From: Anaeromyxobacteraceae bacterium
GTDB lineage: Bacteria > Myxococcota > Myxococcia > Myxococcales > Anaeromyxobacteraceae
DNA length: 64,000 nt
Assembly (NCBI GenBank): GCA_047602405.1
Contig: JASGHJ010000001.1
Span: 1,824,001 to 1,888,000 of the forward strand
Direction: 5' to 3'
Part shown: positions 31,138 to 40,365 of the stretch, piece by piece
How the letters are laid out: every line of letters begins with the position of its first letter
Position numbering within the stretch: position 1 is the first letter of the stretch
Made by a program: the position numbers and the translations under genes
The notes under the pieces: model-generated
Seen by the model: only the letters and a program-made list of their open reading frames with translations
Told to the model about the DNA's origin: nothing
The model's database searches: none

Positions 31138-32322
31138 ATGGAGCCGACGGCGGTGGTGGTGGACGCGGCGGAGGCCCTGCAGGCGGAGGCGCGCGGGACG
31201 GACCGCAGGCCGGCGGCGGCGCCGGCCGAGGTGCTCGACGTCGTGGTGGTGGGCGCGGGCCAGGCCGGGCTCGCGGTCGGCCACCACCTCGCGCGCCAGG
31301 GGCTGCGGTTCGCGATCCTGGAGGGCGGCGCGCGGGTGGGCGACAGCTGGCGGAACCGGTGGGACTCCCTGCGGCTGTTCTCGCCGGCGCCGTACGACGG
31401 CCTGCCGGGCGTGCCGTTCCCCGGGGGCAGGGGCGACTTCCCGACGAAGGACGAGATGGCCGACTACCTCGAGGCCTACGCGGGCCGCTTCGCGCTCCCG
31501 GTGCGCACGCGGGTGCGTGTGGAGCGGGTCACCCGGGCCGACGGGCGCTACCGCGTGGAGACGGGCGGGCGCCCGCTCGAGGCCCGCCACGTGGTGGTCG
31601 CGATGGGCACCTACCAGCGGCCCCGGATCCCCGCGTTCGCGGCGGAGCTCGCGCCCGGGATCGTCCAGCTCCACTCGAGCGCGTACCGGCGCCCGTCGCA
31701 GCTAGCGCCCGGCGGCGACGTGCTGCTCGTGGGGGCCGGCAACTCCGGCGCGGAGCTCGGGAAGGAGCTCGCCTCCGCGGGGCGCAGGGTCGTCCTCGCC
31801 GGGCGGAGCGTGGGCGAGATCCCGTTCTCGATCGAGAGCACCCTCGGGCGCACCGTGCTCGCCCGGCTCGTGCTCGGCCTCGTGTTCAACCACGTCCTGA
31901 CGATCCGCACGCCCCCGGGGCGCAAGGCGCGCGAGGCGCTGCTCTCGGGCGGCGGGCCGCTGATCCGGGTCCGCGAGCGCGACCTCGCCCGGCTCGGCGT
32001 CGTGCGCGCAGGCCGGGTGAACGGCGTGCGCGACGGCCTGCCCGTCGTGGACGGGCGCCCGCTCGAGGTCGGCAGCGTGATCTGGTGCACCGGGTTCGGC
32101 CCCTCGCTCGACTGGCTCGAGCTGCCCGTGCTGGACGCCCGGGGCGAGCCGGTGCAGGACCGGGGCGTGGTGCCCGGGGAGCCCGGCCTCTACTTCGTGG
32201 GCGTCCACTTCCAGTACGCGATGTCGTCCGGGATGATCCAGGGCGTGGGCCGCGACGCGCGCCACGTGGTGGCGCGCATCGCGGAGCGCGTGCGGCGGGA
32301 CGGCGCCGCTACTCGACCGTGA
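31138..32322 (+). CDS. Flavin-containing monooxygenase / FAD-NAD(P) oxidoreductase
   Basis: VVGAGQAGL, WRNRWDSLRLF, QLHSSAYR, VGAGNSG, IWCTGF. Confidence 0.88.
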   Translation: MEPTAVVVDAAEALQAEARGTDRRPAAAPAEVLDVVVVGAGQAGLAVGHHLARQGLRFAILEGGARVGDSWRNRWDSLRLFSPAPYDGLPGVPFPGGRGDFPTKDEMADYLEAYAGRFALPVRTRVRVERVTRADGRYRVETGGRPLEARHVVVAMGTYQRPRIPAFAAELAPGIVQLHSSAYRRPSQLAPGGDVLLVGAGNSGAELGKELASAGRRVVLAGRSVGEIPFSIESTLGRTVLARLVLGLVFNHVLTIRTPPGRKAREALLSGGGPLIRVRERDLARLGVVRAGRVNGVRDGLPVVDGRPLEVGSVIWCTGFGPSLDWLELPVLDARGEPVQDRGVVPGEPGLYFVGVHFQYAMSSGMIQGVGRDARHVVARIAERVRRDGAATRP

Positions 32323-34144
32323 CCGACTTCGCGAGGTTCCGCGGCTGGTCCACGTCGGTGCCCTTCAGGTCGGCCACGTGGTACGCGAGGAACTGCAGCG
32401 GCACGATGGTGACGAGCGGGGAGAGCAGCGGGGGGCACGCCGGCACCGGCAGCGCCACCTCGGCCAGCGAGGCGGCGTGCGTGTCGCCCTCCGAGACCAC
32501 CGCGAACACGTGGCCGCCGCGGGCGCGGACCTCCTCGATGTTGCCGAGGGTCTTCTCGTACGCCGGCTCGCGGGTGGCGAGCACGACCACCGGGAGCTCC
32601 TCGTCGATCAGCGCGATCGGGCCGTGCTTCATCTCGCCCGCGGCGTAGCCCTCCGCGTGGATGTACGAGATCTCCTTCAGCTTGAGCGCGCCCTCGAGCG
32701 CGACCGGGAACTGCCCGCCGCGGCCCAGGAAGAGCACGTCGCGCGCGGCGGCGCAGCGCTTCGCCACCGGCATGATGGCCGCCTCCTGGCGGATCATCTG
32801 CTCCATCCAGCTCGGCAGGTGCCGGAGCGCCGAGAGGTGCTCGCGGGCCTGGTCCTCGGTGAGCGTGCCGCGCAGGCGGCCGAGCTTCACGCCGAGGAGG
32901 AACAGCCCGGCGAGCTGGGTGGTGAACGCCTTCGTGGAGGCGACGCCGATCTCCGGGCCGGCGCGGGTGAAGAGCGTGCCGCCGTCGCACTCGCGGGCGA
33001 TGGCCGAGCCCACCACGTTGCAGATCGCGTAGGCGCGGGCGCCCTTCGCCTTCGCCACCTTCACGGCGGCGAGCGTGTCGGCGGTCTCGCCGGACTGGGT
33101 GATGGCGAGGCAGAGCACCTTCTCGTTCACGAGCGGATCGCGGTTGCGGAACTCGGAGGCGAGCTCGACCTCCACCGGGACGCGCGCGAGCGCCTCGATC
33201 ATCATCCGGCCCGCGAGGCCGGCGTGCCAGGAGGTGCCGCAGGCCACGACGGTGACCCGCTCGATCCCCTTCGCGTACGCCTCGGGCAGCTCCATGCCGT
33301 CGAGGGTCACGTCGCCCTGCTCGAGCGAGACGCGGCCGCGGATGGTGTCGGCGACCGCCCGGGGCTGCTCGAAGATCTCCTTGTGCATGAAGTGCTTGTG
33401 GCCGTCCTTCTCCGCGGCCACCGCGCTCCACTCGATCTTCTTCGGCTTCCTCGCGACCGGCTCGCCGCCCTTGCCGTAGATCGTGACCTTGCCGGCCGAG
33501 AGCACCGCGAGCTCGCCCTCCTCGAGGTAGCTCACCTCGCGGGTGTGCTCGAGGATGGCGGGCACGTCGGAGGCGAGGAAGCTCTCGCCCTGGCCGTGGC
33601 CGACCACGAGCGGGGAGGCGTTCTTCGCCGCCACGATCTCGTCGGGGCGCGCGTCGCTCACCACCGCCATCGCGTAGGTGCCGTGCACCTTGTCGAGCGC
33701 GGCGCGGACCGCGGAGGCGAGGTCCTTCGCGCCGGCGCCGAGGGCGTCGGCGATGAGGTGCGCGAAGATCTCGGTGTCGGTCTCGGACGAGAACTTGTGG
33801 CCCTTCGAGGCGAGCGAGGCGCGCAGCTCGAGGTGGTTCTCGATGATGCCGTTGTGGACCACCGCCACGCCGCCGTAGGCGTGCGGGTGCGCGTTCTCGT
33901 CGGAGGGGCGGCCGTGGGTCGCCCAGCGCGTGTGGCCGATGCCGGTCGTGCCGGGGAGCGGCGCGTCGTGCAGGAGGTTCACGAGGTTCTGCAGCTTGCC
34001 CTTGGCACGCTTCACCTTCAGCGTGCCCGGCCCCACCACGGCCACGCCGGCCGAGTCGTAGCCGCGGTACTCGAGCTTCCTGAGGCCCCCCACGATGAGG
34101 TCGACGCACTGCCGGGGCCCCACGTAACCGACGATGCCGCACAT
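32309..34144 (-). CDS. glmS: Glutamine--fructose-6-phosphate transaminase (isomerizing)
   Basis: MCGIVG, LEYRGYDSAG, GHTRWATHG, QSGETADT, PRNLAKSVTVE. Confidence 0.98.
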   Translation of the reverse strand: MCGIVGYVGPRQCVDLIVGGLRKLEYRGYDSAGVAVVGPGTLKVKRAKGKLQNLVNLLHDAPLPGTTGIGHTRWATHGRPSDENAHPHAYGGVAVVHNGIIENHLELRASLASKGHKFSSETDTEIFAHLIADALGAGAKDLASAVRAALDKVHGTYAMAVVSDARPDEIVAAKNASPLVVGHGQGESFLASDVPAILEHTREVSYLEEGELAVLSAGKVTIYGKGGEPVARKPKKIEWSAVAAEKDGHKHFMHKEIFEQPRAVADTIRGRVSLEQGDVTLDGMELPEAYAKGIERVTVVACGTSWHAGLAGRMMIEALARVPVEVELASEFRNRDPLVNEKVLCLAITQSGETADTLAAVKVAKAKGARAYAICNVVGSAIARECDGGTLFTRAGPEIGVASTKAFTTQLAGLFLLGVKLGRLRGTLTEDQAREHLSALRHLPSWMEQMIRQEAAIMPVAKRCAAARDVLFLGRGGQFPVALEGALKLKEISYIHAEGYAAGEMKHGPIALIDEELPVVVLATREPAYEKTLGNIEEVRARGGHVFAVVSEGDTHAASLAEVALPVPACPPLLSPLVTIVPLQFLAYHVADLKGTDVDQPRNLAKSVTVE

Positions 34145-34213
34145 GTTCCGCTGACTCCTTCGGGGCCGCGCGGAGCCGCTTCGGCCCGCCCGCCCTTGTT
34201 CTCGTGACCGACG

Positions 34214-35617
34214 TTACTTCTTCGGTGCCTTCTTCGGCGCGTGCGCCTCGACCCACCCGTCCTTCACCACCTGCCGGGCGCGGCCCAGCGCGAGCGCGCC
34301 GGGCGGCACCGGGTCGGTGAGCGTCGAGCCGGCCGCGACGTAGGCGCCCGCGCCGATCTCGATCGGCGCGACCAGGATCGAGTCGGAGCCGACGAACGCG
34401 CCGTCGCCGATCTTCGTGAGGTGCTTCGCGGCGCCGTCGTAGTTGCAGGTGATGGTGCCCGCGCCCACGTTCACGCCCGCGCCGAGCTCGGCGTCGCCGA
34501 GGTACGACAGGTGGTGGGCCTTCGTCTTCCGGCCGAGCTTCGCCTTCTTCGTCTCGACGAAGGCGCCGAGCTCGACCTCCGGGCCCGCGTCGGAGCCGGG
34601 CCTCAGGTGCGAGAAGGGGCCGATCTTCGCGGCCGGGCCGATCACCGACTCGCGCGCGACCGTGTAGGGGAGGAGGGTCGCGCCGTCGGCGACCTCGGTC
34701 CGGTAGAGGATCGTGCCCGCGCCCACCCGGCAGCCGCCGCCGACCTTCGTGCCCTCGAGGAGGCGCACGTTCGGCTCGATGACCGTGTCGGCGCCCACCG
34801 AGACGTCCACGTGGCAGTCGAAGCGGTCCGGGTCCTCGATCGTCACGCCCGCCTTCATGAGCGCGCTCGCCATCCGGCGCACGAGCCGGCGGCCGGCCCG
34901 GGCGAGCTCCTCGCGATCGTTCACGCCGGACGCGTCCTCGGCCGGGACCTCGACGGTCGCGGCGCCGCCCGCGGCGGCGGCCATGGCGACGAGGTCGGTC
35001 AGGTAGTACTCGCGCTGCGCGTTCGAGGAGCCGATCCTGCCGAGCGAGGTCCAGAGGAACCCGGCGTCCACCGCGTACAGGCCGGTGTTCACCTCGTCGA
35101 TGGCGCGCTCGGCGTCCGAGGCGTCCTTCTCCTCGACCACCCGCTGTGCCCGGCCCGCGGCGTCGCGGACGATGCGGCCGTAGCCGCGCGGGTCCGGGAG
35201 CCGCATGGTCCCCATCGAGAGCTTCGCGCCGCCGTCGAGCCCGGAGAGCACCGCCTGGACGGTCGCGGTGGTCAGGAGCGGCGTGTCGCCGGAGAGGATG
35301 AGCACGCGCCCGCGGTGGCCCTCGAGGGTCGCCCGCGCCGAGAGCACCGCGTGGGCCGTCCCGAGCTGCTCGGCCTGGCGCGCGAACCGGAGCGGGGCCC
35401 CCGGCAGCACGGCGCCGAGGGCCGCCTCGACCGCGTCGGCCTGGTGGCCGACCACCACGACCACGGGTGCGGCCCCGGCCTCGAGCGCGCGGCTCACCGG
35501 GAAGAACGCGAGGGGGCGGCCCGCAGCCTCGTGCAGGACCTTGGCCCGGTTGGACCTCATCCGGGTGCCCTTGCCGGCGGCGAGGACGACCGCTGCCAGG
35601 GGCTGGTTGGAAGCCAT
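34214..35617 (-). CDS. glmU: Bifunctional UDP-GlcNAc pyrophosphorylase / glucosamine-1-P acetyltransferase
   Basis: LAAGKGTRM, QLGTAHA, GYGRIVR, EYYLTD, HLSYLGDA, GAGTITCNYDG. Confidence 0.97.
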   Translation of the reverse strand: MASNQPLAAVVLAAGKGTRMRSNRAKVLHEAAGRPLAFFPVSRALEAGAAPVVVVVGHQADAVEAALGAVLPGAPLRFARQAEQLGTAHAVLSARATLEGHRGRVLILSGDTPLLTTATVQAVLSGLDGGAKLSMGTMRLPDPRGYGRIVRDAAGRAQRVVEEKDASDAERAIDEVNTGLYAVDAGFLWTSLGRIGSSNAQREYYLTDLVAMAAAAGGAATVEVPAEDASGVNDREELARAGRRLVRRMASALMKAGVTIEDPDRFDCHVDVSVGADTVIEPNVRLLEGTKVGGGCRVGAGTILYRTEVADGATLLPYTVARESVIGPAAKIGPFSHLRPGSDAGPEVELGAFVETKKAKLGRKTKAHHLSYLGDAELGAGVNVGAGTITCNYDGAAKHLTKIGDGAFVGSDSILVAPIEIGAGAYVAAGSTLTDPVPPGALALGRARQVVKDGWVEAHAPKKAPKK

Positions 35618-35681
35618 CCCGGGAGAATGCGGCCTCCGAGCATCCGCGATCAACCCCGTCCTCGTGTGATACGGGGGGAAA

Positions 35682-37340
35682 ATGTCCCAGGTCCTCGCCC
35701 TCCTCCTGGCCGCGAGCGCCATCTCCCCTCGGGGGGCCGCGGCGACCGCCAGCCCACTCGCCAGCCAGGTCGCCGCCGACGTCCTCGCCGCCGGCGGGAA
35801 CGCGGTCGACGCCGCGGTGGCGGCCGCGTACGTGCTCGCGGTGGTCGCCAACACCTCCTCCGGCCTCGGCGGAGGCGGCTACGCCCTCGTCTACGTCGCG
35901 AAGGAGGGCCGGGTGCACGCGGTCGACTTCCGCGAGGTCGCGCCGGCCGCGGCGACGCCGACGATGTTCGCGGGGGCGCCGCGCGAGCCCGGCCGGCCGA
36001 GGCCGTCGCTCGACGGCGGGCTCGCGGTGGCCGTGCCGTCCGCGGCCCGCGGCTACGCCTGGCTGGCGCGCACCTTCGGGACCTGGAAGCCGCCGGCGCT
36101 CGTCGAGCCGGCGGCGCGCATCGCCGAGCGCGGCTACGCGGTCGGCACGAAGCACGCGCTCTACGCGAAGGAGCGGCTCGAGTGCCTGCGGGCGCGCCCG
36201 GCGGCCGCGGCGGAGTACCTCGTGAAGGGGCCGGACGGCGCGTGGGTTCCGCCGCAGATCGGGGACCGGGTCGTCCGCAAGGATCTCGCCCGCACGCTCC
36301 GCGCGCTGGGGAAGGACCCCGACGCGCTCAACCGCGGACCGCTCGCCCGCCGGATCGTGGCGGCGGCCCGCGCCGACGGCGGGATCCTGACCGAGGCCGA
36401 CCTCGCCGCGGTGACGGTGCGCGAGCGCACGCCCATCGAGGGCCGCTACCGCGGACACCGGGTCGTCTCGATGCCGCTCCCGTCCTCGGGCGGCGCGATC
36501 GTCATCGCGCTCCTGCAGGCCCTCGAGGCGGAGGACCCGAAGGCCGGCGGCTACCGGGGCGACCGCTGGCTGCACGCGATGGCGGAGCTCGAGAAGCGGC
36601 TCTTCGCCCGCCGGGCCACCCTCGGCGACCCCGACTTCGTGCCCGGCGCCGAGGCCGCCGTGCGGGAGCTCGTCTCGCCCGCGTTCGCGGCCCGCCTGCA
36701 CGCGGAGGTCGGCGAGCGCGCGTCCGACCCGCCCGCCGGCGGCGGACCGGAGGAGGGCGAGCACACGAACCACATCGCGGTGGCCGATCGGGACGGCAAC
36801 GTGGTCTCGCTCACCACCACCGTGAACGTCCCCTTCGGCTCGTGCGTGGTGGTGCCCGGCACGGGCGTCCTGCTCAACGACCAGATGGACGACTTCGACG
36901 CCGCGCCCGGCGTGCCCAACTACTTCGGCGTCGTCGGCACCGGCGCGAACCTGCCCGCCCCCGGGAAGCGCCCGCTCTCGTCGATGGCGCCCACCCTCGT
37001 CTTCGACGGCGAGGGCCGCCCGATCCTCTCGGTGGGCGCGGCGGGCGGCTCCACCATCCCGACCACCCTCGTCCAGGCGATATCCAACGTCATCGACCTG
37101 GGGATGCCGCTCGAGCAGGCGCTCGGCGCCCCGCGCATCCACCACCAGTGGAGGCCGCCCACGCTGCGCGTCGAGCCGTTCGGGCTCGAGGCGGCGACGA
37201 TCCGCGCGCTCGAGGCCCGGGGGCACGTGCTCGACCTCAGGAAGGCGCCGTGGGGCGAGGCCGCCGCTGTGGGCCGGCTGGGGACCATGTGGGAGGCTGC
37301 CTCCGACCCGAGATGGGAGGGTCGGCCCGCGGCGCCGTGA
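35682..37340 (+). CDS. ggt: Gamma-glutamyltransferase
   Basis: GGNAVDAAVA, DFREVAP, HTNH (catalytic Thr), LNDQMDDF, KRPLSSMAP, PRIHHQW. Confidence 0.93.
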   Translation: MSQVLALLLAASAISPRGAAATASPLASQVAADVLAAGGNAVDAAVAAAYVLAVVANTSSGLGGGGYALVYVAKEGRVHAVDFREVAPAAATPTMFAGAPREPGRPRPSLDGGLAVAVPSAARGYAWLARTFGTWKPPALVEPAARIAERGYAVGTKHALYAKERLECLRARPAAAAEYLVKGPDGAWVPPQIGDRVVRKDLARTLRALGKDPDALNRGPLARRIVAAARADGGILTEADLAAVTVRERTPIEGRYRGHRVVSMPLPSSGGAIVIALLQALEAEDPKAGGYRGDRWLHAMAELEKRLFARRATLGDPDFVPGAEAAVRELVSPAFAARLHAEVGERASDPPAGGGPEEGEHTNHIAVADRDGNVVSLTTTVNVPFGSCVVVPGTGVLLNDQMDDFDAAPGVPNYFGVVGTGANLPAPGKRPLSSMAPTLVFDGEGRPILSVGAAGGSTIPTTLVQAISNVIDLGMPLEQALGAPRIHHQWRPPTLRVEPFGLEAATIRALEARGHVLDLRKAPWGEAAAVGRLGTMWEAASDPRWEGRPAAP

Positions 37341-37468
37341 GCGCCGGGCGCCGCGGGCGTCCCGCGGACCGTGGAGTGGAGACCACCCGCGAGAGCACGG
37401 TATCCTCGCGGGTGGCCCGAGGGCCGCCGCGCGGGGGCGCGGCGGCGTGAGGGACCGAGAGGCGCCGC

Positions 37469-38020
37469 TTGGGGACGTCCGCACAGCCGCGTGAGATTGA
37501 GGGAGGCGCCCGCGCCGCGCTCCTGGCGGAGCTGCGTTCGCTCGAGGACCGCGCCCGCCGCGCCCGCGCCGAGCTCGTCGCGCTCGGCGTCGACGCGCTG
37601 CCGGGGCTGCACCTCGTGCTCGAGGTCGCCGGCCAGCGCGCGCTCCTCTCCGCGCAGCGCGTCGCCGAGGTCGTCCAGCTCGTCGGGCTCGGGCCCCTGC
37701 CCGGCGCGCGCGCCGAGGTCGCGGGCGACTTCCTGTGGCGCGGCACGCCGGTCGTGGTGGTCGACCTCGCGGCGGTGCTCGGCCGGCCCCGGCTGCCCGC
37801 GCTCGACGCGCGCATCGTCGTGCTCGCGTCGTCGCCTCCGGTCGGCCTGCTCGTCGACGCCGTGGAGCGGCTCGTCGACACGCCCCGGGTCTTCCGAGGC
37901 GAGGCGCCCGCCGGCGCCGAGGCGTTCGGGGGCGCGCTGTCCGCGGGCCTCTGCGTCGACGGCGGCGACGTGCTGCCGCTCCTCGAGCCCGGGCCGCTCG
38001 CCGCCGGGGTGGCCCCGTGA
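37469..38020 (+). CDS. cheW: CheW-like adaptor
   Basis: VAEVVQLV...PLPGA...WRGTPVVVVDL...VGLLVDAV. Confidence 0.8.
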   Translation: MGTSAQPREIEGGARAALLAELRSLEDRARRARAELVALGVDALPGLHLVLEVAGQRALLSAQRVAEVVQLVGLGPLPGARAEVAGDFLWRGTPVVVVDLAAVLGRPRLPALDARIVVLASSPPVGLLVDAVERLVDTPRVFRGEAPAGAEAFGGALSAGLCVDGGDVLPLLEPGPLAAGVAP

Positions 38021-39414
38021 GCGCGCGGCCCCAGGGCGCCGCGCTCCAGCGCGAGGGCGGCCGCGAGGACCGCGAGCCCGCCCTGCGCACCGTCGAGCAG
38101 GCGCTGCGCGACGCGTGCGGCATCACGCTCTCCGAGGGGCTCCGCGCCACGCTCACCGACGCGCTCGCCCGCGCCGCGCGCGACGCCGGCCAGCCCGAGG
38201 CGGCGTTCCTCGCGCGCCTCCACGGGCGGGACCCCGCCGCGCTCACCACGCTCGTCGAGGCGTCGGTGATCGGCGAGACCTACTTCTTCCGCCACCCCGA
38301 GCAGTTCGAGGCGCTGCGCGGCGAGCTGTTGCTCGGCGCGCCGCTCGACCGGCCGCTCCAGGTCTGGTCGGCGGGCTGCGCCACCGGCGAGGAGGCGTAC
38401 TCGCTCGCGATGGCGCTGCTCGACGCGGGCCGGACGGGCGCGGGCGACCGGATCCTCGCCACCGACGTCTCCGCCCGTGCACTCGCGGTCGCGCGGGAGG
38501 GCGTCTACGGCGAGTGGTCGATGCGGCGGGTGAGCCCCGCCGCCCGGGCGCGTCACTTCGAGCAGCGCGGCCCGCTCGTCGCGGTGCGGGCCGAGGCGCG
38601 CGCGCCCGTGGCGTTCGACCGGCACAACCTCGTGCGCGACCCGGCCCCCGCGAGCGGGCTCGACCTCGTCGTCTGCCGGAACGTCCTGATCTACTTCACC
38701 GCCGAGGCGGCCCTCGAGGTCGCGAAGAAGCTCGCCGGCGCGCTCCGTCCCGGCGGGCTCCTCGTGCTCGGCCCGGTCGAGTCCTCGGTGGCGAACGCGC
38801 TCGAGCTCGAGCGGCTCGAGGTCGCGGGGGCGATGGTGTTCCGGCGGCCGGAGCCCGGCCGGCCTTCAGGCCGGCCGAAGGCAGGTCCCCGGGTCGCGCG
38901 GTCGTCCCTCGTCTCCGGGCCGCTGCGCGATCCTACGCTCGGGACGAACGGGTTGGCTTCGCCGCAGGAACCGCGGGTCGTAGCGCCCGCGCCCGTGCCC
39001 GCGCCCACCCCCACCCCCGTCGCCGACTTCGCCGCCGCCCGGGACGCCGCCCGGAGGGGCGAGCTGGCGCTCGCCGAGACGCTCGCCCGGGAGGTCGCCG
39101 TCCGGGAGCTCTCGCCCGAGTCCTACCTCCTCCTCTCCATGGCGGCGGACGCCCGGGGGGACGTGGCGGGGGCGGTCGAGGCGGTTCGCCGCGCCCTGTA
39201 TTTGGACCCGGGGCTCGCGATGGGGCACGCTGCGCTCGTGCCACTCTATGGACAGCTCGGCCTCGCCGACGACGCCGCCCGCGCGCGGCGCAACGCGCTC
39301 GAGGCCATCCGCGAGCTCGACGACGCCGCGCAGCTGCGCGGGGTCGAGCCCGTCACCGCGGGCGCGCTCCGCAGCGCGCTCGGCGGGCCCCCGCCGTCCG
39401 TCAACAAGGTGTGA
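38017..39414 (+). CDS. cheR: CheR methyltransferase with C-terminal TPR
   Basis: IGETYFFRHPEQF, WSAGCATGEEAYSLAM, ATDVS, CRNVLIYF, RRALYLDP. Confidence 0.92.
   Translation: MSARPQGAALQREGGREDREPALRTVEQALRDACGITLSEGLRATLTDALARAARDAGQPEAAFLARLHGRDPAALTTLVEASVIGETYFFRHPEQFEALRGELLLGAPLDRPLQVWSAGCATGEEAYSLAMALLDAGRTGAGDRILATDVSARALAVAREGVYGEWSMRRVSPAARARHFEQRGPLVAVRAEARAPVAFDRHNLVRDPAPASGLDLVVCRNVLIYFTAEAALEVAKKLAGALRPGGLLVLGPVESSVANALELERLEVAGAMVFRRPEPGRPSGRPKAGPRVARSSLVSGPLRDPTLGTNGLASPQEPRVVAPAPVPAPTPTPVADFAAARDAARRGELALAETLAREVAVRELSPESYLLLSMAADARGDVAGAVEAVRRALYLDPGLAMGHAALVPLYGQLGLADDAARARRNALEAIRELDDAAQLRGVEPVTAGALRSALGGPPPSVNKV
38906..38951. repeat. REP-like element located in-frame within cheR
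   Basis: CCCTCGTCTCC-GGGCCGCtgcGCGATCC-TACGCTCGGGACGAACGG; translated as SLVSGPLRDPTLGTNG. Confidence 0.8.
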
Positions 39415-39417
39415 GCG

Positions 39418-39792
39418 ATGAAGGTCCTCCTCGTCGACGACACCCGCACCCTGCTCTCGCTCATCCAGGTCTACCTGATGGGCTGGGACATGGAGTTCGT
39501 CGAGGCCCGCGACGGCAGGCAGGGCCTCGAGCAGGCCCGCCTGCACCGGCCCTCGCTCGTCATCTCCGACGTGCGCATGCCCGGCATGGACGGGTTCGAG
39601 CTGTGCGCGGCGATCCGCGCCGACAAGGAGCTGCACGGGACGCCCGTCGTGCTCCTCACGTCCCTCAACGACGACCAGAGCCGCCGCAAGGGCCGGCTCG
39701 TCGGCGCGAGCGCGTTCCTCACGAAGCCGGTCTCGGTCGACGAGCTCCGGCGCACGGTGAGCGAGATCCTGCACCTGCCGGCCCGGAGGTAG
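39418..39792 (+). CDS. Single-domain response regulator (CheY-like)
   Basis: VLLVDD, ISDVRMPGMDG, FLTKP. Confidence 0.9.
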   Translation: MKVLLVDDTRTLLSLIQVYLMGWDMEFVEARDGRQGLEQARLHRPSLVISDVRMPGMDGFELCAAIRADKELHGTPVVLLTSLNDDQSRRKGRLVGASAFLTKPVSVDELRRTVSEILHLPARR

Positions 39793-39794
39793 CG

Positions 39795-40361
39795 GTGGCG
39801 GAGCGCCCGAGGAGCGGCGGAGAGATTGACTTCGCGGCGCTCGAGCGCCGGCTGCTCGAGGCCGAGCGCGCGCTCGGCGACGAGGCCGACGCCGAGGTCC
39901 GCCGCCGCGTGCTCGAGGCCCGCGCCGCCGCGGTGGCGGCCGCGCGCGAGGCGCCCCGGGTCGAGAGCGTGCCGGTGCTCGCGTTCCGGGTGGGCGGCGA
40001 GCGGTACGCGGTCGACGTCGCCGAGGTCTTCCAGGTGATCGAGGCGCGCGGGCTCTCGCCGCTGCCGGGCTGCCCGGCGTGGCTGCTCGGGGCCATCGTC
40101 GCGCGGACCCGGGTCGTTCCGGTGCTGGACCTGAGGCTCGTGCTCGGCCTCGAGGGCGGCGGGATGACCGACCTCTCGAAGGTGGTGGTGGTGGAGCAGG
40201 GCGGGGAGGCGTTCGGCCTCGCCGCCGAGGAGCTCGAGGGGCGGGTGGAGGTGCCGGTCGAGGGGCTCGCGCCCGCCGCCACCGGGCCGTTCCGCTGGGT
40301 CGCGCCCGACCGGCTGGCGCTGCTCGACCTCGAGAAGGTCGGCGCGCAGGGGCGGGGGTGA
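39795..40361 (+). CDS. cheW: CheW-like adaptor
   Basis: LAFRVGGERYAV, PLPGCPAWLLG, VPVLDLR. Confidence 0.85.
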   Translation: MAERPRSGGEIDFAALERRLLEAERALGDEADAEVRRRVLEARAAAVAAAREAPRVESVPVLAFRVGGERYAVDVAEVFQVIEARGLSPLPGCPAWLLGAIVARTRVVPVLDLRLVLGLEGGGMTDLSKVVVVEQGGEAFGLAAEELEGRVEVPVEGLAPAATGPFRWVAPDRLALLDLEKVGAQGRG

Positions 40362-40365
40362 GGCC

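Noticed and set aside
34145..34213. Possible glmS ribozyme
   Set aside because: Only 69 nt between glmU and glmS, with no ribozyme core.
32190..38249. 2019-aa minus-strand ORF and other very long overlapping ORFs (e.g. 7496-10927, 34241-37450, 38866-42336)
   Set aside because: Shadow frames of high-GC genes; Arg/Pro/Ala-rich with no motifs, overlapping well-supported genes.
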